This document shows, piece by piece, positions 59,040-64,000 of a DNA stretch of 64,000 bases. The DNA is taken from assembly GCA_038210825.1 (NCBI GenBank), contig JBBQWG010000036.1, positions 607 through 64,606 of the forward strand. The letters are read 5' to 3'. Within the stretch, counting starts at the first letter, position 1; every line of letters begins with the position of its first letter. The notes beneath the pieces were generated by a model, which did not search any database, was not told where the DNA came from, and was given only the letters and a program-made list of their open reading frames with translations. Source of the stretch: Verrucomicrobiales bacterium (lineage in GTDB: Bacteria; Verrucomicrobiota; Verrucomicrobiia; Verrucomicrobiales; V1-33). A program made the position numbers and the translations under genes.

Positions 59040-60371
59040 TCAGGAAAACAACTCGTGCACGGATGCTCCTTCGGAGAGGATGGTCACCGGCCGGCCCTCC
59101 GGCGTGACGATTTCATGGACCGGGTCGATTCCGAGCGCCTCGTAAACGGTCCATGCCACGTCGGCGGGGCGGACGGGACGGTCTGTCACAAAGGCGCCGT
59201 TTTTGTCAGTGGATCCCAGCACCAGCCCGCGCTGCACCCCGGCTCCGGCGAAGATCAGGCTGCCGGCGCGGCCCCAGTGGTCGCGTCCGGCCTTGTCATT
59301 GACCTTGGGAGTGCGGCCAAACTCGCCCATGCACAGCACCAGGGTATCGGCTAGAAGACCGCGTTGGTCCATGTCGCGGATCAGGGCGGAGAATCCCTGG
59401 TCGAACTCCGGCAGCTTTTTGTCGAGGCCTTCGAAAATTTTGTCATGGTGATCCCAGCCGCCATAATTCACGGTGACAAAACGCACCCCGTTCTCGACGA
59501 GGCGGCGGGCCATCAGACAGCTTTGACCGAACTCGCTGCGGCCGTAATCGTCCCGCACCGCAGCATCCTCCTTGTCGATGGCAAAGGCTTCCTGAGCTTG
59601 GGGTGCAAGGACCATGGCGGCAGCCTTCTGGCCAAACTCGTCGTAGGTCGCCACCTGATCGCTGCCTTTCACGCGGGCACCGAGTTGATCAATGGCCTCC
59701 AGCAGGGAACGCCGGCGTTCCAGGGAAGTGGGCGACTGCGGGGTGCCTGCAGAAAGATCGCGCACTTTGAAATTGCCCTCGTTGGGGTTGCCGCATTTGA
59801 AGGATTCGAAGCGTCCACCCAACCATGCACTTTTGCCCAACTCCCACGTGAAGGAGGGATTTTTCGGCACGGCCACGTAAGGGGGCACGAGGCCGGAAAA
59901 TCCGGTCTGATGCGCGACGATGGCTCCCATGGCGGGATGATCGCCAAAGGGAGTGCCGAAACGTCCGCTGAGCACCCAGTTGGTGGCCGTTTCGTGGTGG
60001 TCATTTTCGTGGGTGCCGGACCTCACCAGGGTCACGCGGTCCATGATCTTCGCCATTTTCGGGAGCAGTTCGCCGATGTGCAGACCGGGCACCGTGGTGG
60101 GGATACCTTTGTATTTTCCGCGGATTTGCTCCACGGCATCGGGTTTCAAATCGAAGGTATCGTGATGCGAAATCCCGCCGCCGAGGAAAACCAGCAGCAC
60201 CGATTTCGCCCGGGCCGCCGGGGCTCCGCCGATGGCGCGGGCCTGATCCGATGCCAGGAGGGAGGGCAGGGAAAGGCCGAGGGGAGCGAGGGCTCCGAGC
60301 CGCAGGAAGTCCCGCCGGGACGGGCCGGAACAGAGGCGGGAGCGGGTGGGGGCAAGATTGACCGAAAGCAT
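59040..60371 (-). CDS. DUF1501 family protein (module 2)
   Basis: SRRDFL, GGISHHDTFDLKP, MARRLVE, WDHH, GEFGRTP, GRDHW. Confidence 0.93.
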   Translation of the reverse strand: MLSVNLAPTRSRLCSGPSRRDFLRLGALAPLGLSLPSLLASDQARAIGGAPAARAKSVLLVFLGGGISHHDTFDLKPDAVEQIRGKYKGIPTTVPGLHIGELLPKMAKIMDRVTLVRSGTHENDHHETATNWVLSGRFGTPFGDHPAMGAIVAHQTGFSGLVPPYVAVPKNPSFTWELGKSAWLGGRFESFKCGNPNEGNFKVRDLSAGTPQSPTSLERRRSLLEAIDQLGARVKGSDQVATYDEFGQKAAAMVLAPQAQEAFAIDKEDAAVRDDYGRSEFGQSCLMARRLVENGVRFVTVNYGGWDHHDKIFEGLDKKLPEFDQGFSALIRDMDQRGLLADTLVLCMGEFGRTPKVNDKAGRDHWGRAGSLIFAGAGVQRGLVLGSTDKNGAFVTDRPVRPADVAWTVYEALGIDPVHEIVTPEGRPVTILSEGASVHELFS

Positions 60372-60376
60372 AACGG

Positions 60377-62734
60377 CTAGTGATTGAAGGTGAAATCCTT
60401 GGTATTGAGCAAAGCCCAGAACAGGTCGCGGAAGACGACATCCCGGGGATCGGATCCCAACTGGGAGTGGAAGAGGGCGCGCTCGGCCTCGGAAGGGGGA
60501 CGGGCGAGGCACGTGAGGTAGAGGCTGTCCAGCACCGCGTTGTCGTCCGGATTTTCCAGCAGCGCGGCGAGCCGGCCCTGTTTATGGGTGAGTTGGCGCT
60601 GCAATTCATCACCATTCCGCAGATTGAGCAGTTGGGGCAGCGTGACCTCGCCTTTGCGCTCGCAGGCGCAGGCGGTGACGCGGTCGGACCGGCCAAAAAG
60701 AGTGAGAAAATAGGAGGCCACTCCCGTGTCCGGCAATTGCACGGCACGCAGGCCCGTGGGGTAGCCGGGGAATTCATCCGGAACTCCGGTGGCGGCGGCG
60801 AGGGCGTCCAGCATGACTTCCGCAGGGAGGCGCCGGACGTAATAGTGGGAGAAAAAGCGCTGGTCGGTCTCGTTTTCGGGACGCGTGGCGGCGCTGAGTT
60901 GATAGGCACGGGAAGTCAGGATAAGCCGCATGATATGGCGGAGGTCATACCCATGGCTGCGGAACTCCGACCCCAGCAGTTGCCACAACTCCTCATTCGA
61001 GGGGGGATTGCTGGCGCGCAGATCATCCACCGGTTCGACCAGACCGGTGGCGAAGAAATGACGCCATAGCCGGTTGACCATGGCACCGGCAAATTCGGGA
61101 CTGCCGATGGCCCAGCCGGCAAAGGCGGTGCGGGGATCAGCCCCCTTGGCAAACTCCGGAGTGCTGCCGTCCAGCGCCCGGGCCGCGACCGCCCGGTTGG
61201 TGCGGGGTTGGTTCACCTGCGGGGGGCGGCTCTGCAATTCCTCCAGTCTCTTCTCCTGCTCCGTCACCTGCCTCCGCAGGTCGTCCTGTTCGGCCCCGGA
61301 TTTGTTGGCGTCCTCGGCCTCCCGCAGGTTTTTCACGGCCCCGGCGAGACGTTTGGCCTGTTCGGTTTCCTCCCGCGACTGGACCACCAGACGGCTGCCG
61401 CCCTTCTGGGGATTCTCCCGTTCGAGACTGGTTCTGCCGAAGAAGGCGGCGAAGTGATAGAAATCGTCCTGGGTGTATCGTTCCAGCGGATGGTTATGGC
61501 AACGCGCGCAGCCGATCCGGGTGCCGAGGAACGATTGGGCCACGGAGTCGGGAAGTTCCGATTTCTCGACCTCCCGTTGTGTGCCGATTACGGTGATGAA
61601 ATAACCGATTTCCGGGCGGCCGCGGACATCTCCCGTGGCCGTTAGGATTTCCCTCGAGATGCGGTCCCAGCCGGCCCCGGCGGCAAGCTGTCCCCGCAGC
61701 CATGCATGAAAGGCCCGCACCCCTTTGACGCCCCTGACGTCATGGTCCCGCTCGCGGCGGTTTTGCAGCACATCGGCCAGCTGCAGGGTCCAGTAGTCAA
61801 GCCATTCCGGACGGGCCAACAAGTGGTCGGCGAGGGCGGCGCGTTTGCCAGAGGAGCGGTCGTTGGTGAAGGCCGTCACCTCTTCCGGGGTCGGGAGCAT
61901 GCCGATGGTGTCGAGGAATGCCCGGCGCACGAATTCCGCGTCGCTGCAGTCTTCCGCTGGCGGGAGGCGCAATTGCTGCAGCTTGGAAAACACCGGCCCG
62001 TCCACCACACTGCGGCGTTCGGCGTAGACTTCCGGTGCCACTTCGTGGGGGTAAGGCATGGTGCAGCTCACCACCTGCACCAGATTCAAAAAATGCACCC
62101 TGACTGATGCTTCGCCATAGCCATGGGCGGTTATCTCTCCTTCCGGAGTCACCCGCAACAAAGCTTCGTCATTGGAAAAGAACTGCGCCAGCCATGTGAC
62201 GTCGGCAGTGCGTCCGTCGGCCTCACGCGCCAGCACCTTGAGCGTGAGTTTTCCTCCTGGCTGCAGGGTGCTCCCACCCGGTGTAACTACCAGGGCGACG
62301 GGCATCGGCTCATCGGCCACGGGTCCGGGGGCGCGTGCGGCGATCCAGTCCACCATGGTTTGCCATGCCCGGGATCCCTTGCGGAAGCGGGTGCCGCCCT
62401 CATGCATGACTCCGCCCGAAGCCTTTTCGACGAGCAAACTTTTTTCCGGAAAGGCAAAGTCGATGCGGCGTCCATTCACTTCCTGCGTGATCCACTCATG
62501 ATCCCATTCAGCGGCATACCCCCGGAGACTGAGCCGGAAGCCATTCTGCCCCTCCATCTTGCCGTGGCAGCCTCCCAAATTGCAGCCGGACTTGGTCAAC
62601 ACCGGCAGCACGTCGCGCTGAAAGGAAGGTATGGTCTTTCCTTCATCAGCCCCAACCAGCGAGGACCCTCCAATCATCAGCCCCGCCAGCACAATCCGGG
62701 TCAATAATCGGGAGTGGTTCTGGAAGATAATCAT
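60377..62734 (-). CDS. DUF1549/DUF1553 protein with Ig-like domain (module 2)
   Basis: CNLGGCH, EFVRRAFLD, CARCHNHP, NRLWRHFF, CACER, LFWALLNTKDFTFNH. Confidence 0.92.
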   Translation of the reverse strand: MIIFQNHSRLLTRIVLAGLMIGGSSLVGADEGKTIPSFQRDVLPVLTKSGCNLGGCHGKMEGQNGFRLSLRGYAAEWDHEWITQEVNGRRIDFAFPEKSLLVEKASGGVMHEGGTRFRKGSRAWQTMVDWIAARAPGPVADEPMPVALVVTPGGSTLQPGGKLTLKVLAREADGRTADVTWLAQFFSNDEALLRVTPEGEITAHGYGEASVRVHFLNLVQVVSCTMPYPHEVAPEVYAERRSVVDGPVFSKLQQLRLPPAEDCSDAEFVRRAFLDTIGMLPTPEEVTAFTNDRSSGKRAALADHLLARPEWLDYWTLQLADVLQNRRERDHDVRGVKGVRAFHAWLRGQLAAGAGWDRISREILTATGDVRGRPEIGYFITVIGTQREVEKSELPDSVAQSFLGTRIGCARCHNHPLERYTQDDFYHFAAFFGRTSLERENPQKGGSRLVVQSREETEQAKRLAGAVKNLREAEDANKSGAEQDDLRRQVTEQEKRLEELQSRPPQVNQPRTNRAVAARALDGSTPEFAKGADPRTAFAGWAIGSPEFAGAMVNRLWRHFFATGLVEPVDDLRASNPPSNEELWQLLGSEFRSHGYDLRHIMRLILTSRAYQLSAATRPENETDQRFFSHYYVRRLPAEVMLDALAAATGVPDEFPGYPTGLRAVQLPDTGVASYFLTLFGRSDRVTACACERKGEVTLPQLLNLRNGDELQRQLTHKQGRLAALLENPDDNAVLDSLYLTCLARPPSEAERALFHSQLGSDPRDVVFRDLFWALLNTKDFTFNH

Positions 62735-62954
62735 CGACTAAAGTGGAAAGTTACAATGACGGGCCGGGCGCGGTATCTTTTCGAGGATGTGGACAGCAGG
62801 CCTTTACCGGCAGAAATAGCATGGGTGCCTTGAAGGCAATTCCACTGAAACGGGCTTCCCACGCACAAATTACACCGATTATGCAGTAATCCTGCCCCGG
62901 GTAATCGGAGATCACTTTAGGCGATAATGTCTTGCCCCCCAACTGGCTGACGGA

Positions 62955-64000
62955 TTATCGCTTCGCTCCTCCCAGCCGGGGCGGGGCTTGCTGCCAGAAC
63001 ATGCTGCGGAGGGGGTGTTCATCGGTCAGGTTGGCTTCGAGTCCGCCGAGATAGCCTGGCTGGTAGAACTGGACTCCCACATAATGGTAGACCGGGGCAA
63101 TGACGCATTCGGTTTCGATGAGCTGGGTCTCCGCCTGCCGGAGGATGGCATAACGTTTCGTCGGATCGGCCTCGGCCGCAGCCTCGTTGATGAGGGTATC
63201 ATAAGCGGGGCTGCCCCACCCGGTGCGGTTGTTGCCGCTGTTGGTGAGGAACATGTCGAGGAAGGTGTTGGGGTCATTGTAGTCCCCCACCCAACTGGAG
63301 CGGCAGACGTCGTAATCGACCTTCTTCTGGGAATCCAGATAGGTTTTATATTCCTCACTGGTCAGGGCCACGGTGATGCCGAGATGGCGTTGCCAGACGG
63401 ACTGCAGTTCCACCGCGATGCCCCGGTCTGAGGGGAACTTGCTGGGGTAGAGAAAACTCAGCACGGGGAATCCGCGGCCGTCCGGGTATCCGGCCTCGGC
63501 AAGCAGGCGTTTCGCCTCCGCAATGTCAGGATGCAGCCCGGCCGGCGGTTGATAGTTGTCTCCCGTGCCAGGCGGCGTGATGGCAAAAGCCGGCACTTCC
63601 CCGAGGCGGGTGACCGCATTGACAATGCGTTCACGGTCCAGCACGAGGGTCAGGGCCTTGCGGACCCGGGGATCATGATAGGGTTTGCGCTGGGCATTGA
63701 AGCGGATAAACCAGGTGGCCAGAAACGGTTTGTGGTGGAAGTAGGGCTTTTTGCGCAGTTCATCGGCGAGGGCGCTGGGGATCAACCCCTTGTCCATCAT
63801 CAGATCGGCCCCGTCTGTCAGGAAAAGATTCACTGCCGTGGCGGCATTGTCGATGGGCAGGACATCGATGCTGGCCATCCGGACATTGCCCGCATCCCAG
63901 TAGGTGGGGCTGCGTTCGAGGCGGATGCGGTCGTTGAGCCGCCACTCCTTGAGTTGATAGGGTCCGTTGCCAATGAGGTTGCCGGGTTTGAAATAGGCCG
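62955..64000 (-). CDS. oppA: Oligopeptide ABC transporter substrate-binding protein (5'-truncated by the window edge)
   Basis: Frame open to the window end (IGNGPYQLKEW, RSPTYWD); DPRVRKAL, LLAEAGY, WVGDYNDP. Confidence 0.88.
   Translation of the reverse strand, partial: AYFKPGNLIGNGPYQLKEWRLNDRIRLERSPTYWDAGNVRMASIDVLPIDNAATAVNLFLTDGADLMMDKGLIPSALADELRKKPYFHHKPFLATWFIRFNAQRKPYHDPRVRKALTLVLDRERIVNAVTRLGEVPAFAITPPGTGDNYQPPAGLHPDIAEAKRLLAEAGYPDGRGFPVLSFLYPSKFPSDRGIAVELQSVWQRHLGITVALTSEEYKTYLDSQKKVDYDVCRSSWVGDYNDPNTFLDMFLTNSGNNRTGWGSPAYDTLINEAAAEADPTKRYAILRQAETQLIETECVIAPVYHYVGVQFYQPGYLGGLEANLTDEHPLRSMFWQQAPPRLGGAKR

Overview
GC-rich chromosomal segment that looks like a free-living Verrucomicrobium-like (PVC) bacterium. 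The evidence is a PEP-CTERM protein, planctomycete-type cytochrome c domains, DUF1501 and DUF1549/DUF1553 clusters, and SD-less pyrimidine-rich leaders. Bases 1-3.5 kb are an accessory patch. It holds an integron-type gene cassette (SUFU-like immunity gene between an attI-like site and an attC, with no integrase in the window), a decayed ORF with an intein C-terminal motif, an Imm11-like gene coupled to a probable toxin-tip remnant, and a degenerate ~60-bp direct repeat pair. The middle is mostly housekeeping (ybaB, sufT, argA, lgt, polX, lipB, hup, menF/D/H, nusB, ribH, rimO, an RfaE-II::PurN fusion, cysK, grpE, dnaJ, an ABC transporter split by a BspA-type LRR gene) with G-rich microsatellites. 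Three unrelated secreted proteins share a C-terminal domain that may be an export or anchoring signal. The right end has two convergent paralogous cytC-WD40 / DUF1549-DUF1553 / DUF1501 / PPC modules of unknown function. I recognised no tRNA, rRNA or CRISPR array. All family calls come from motif recognition by eye, not database searches.
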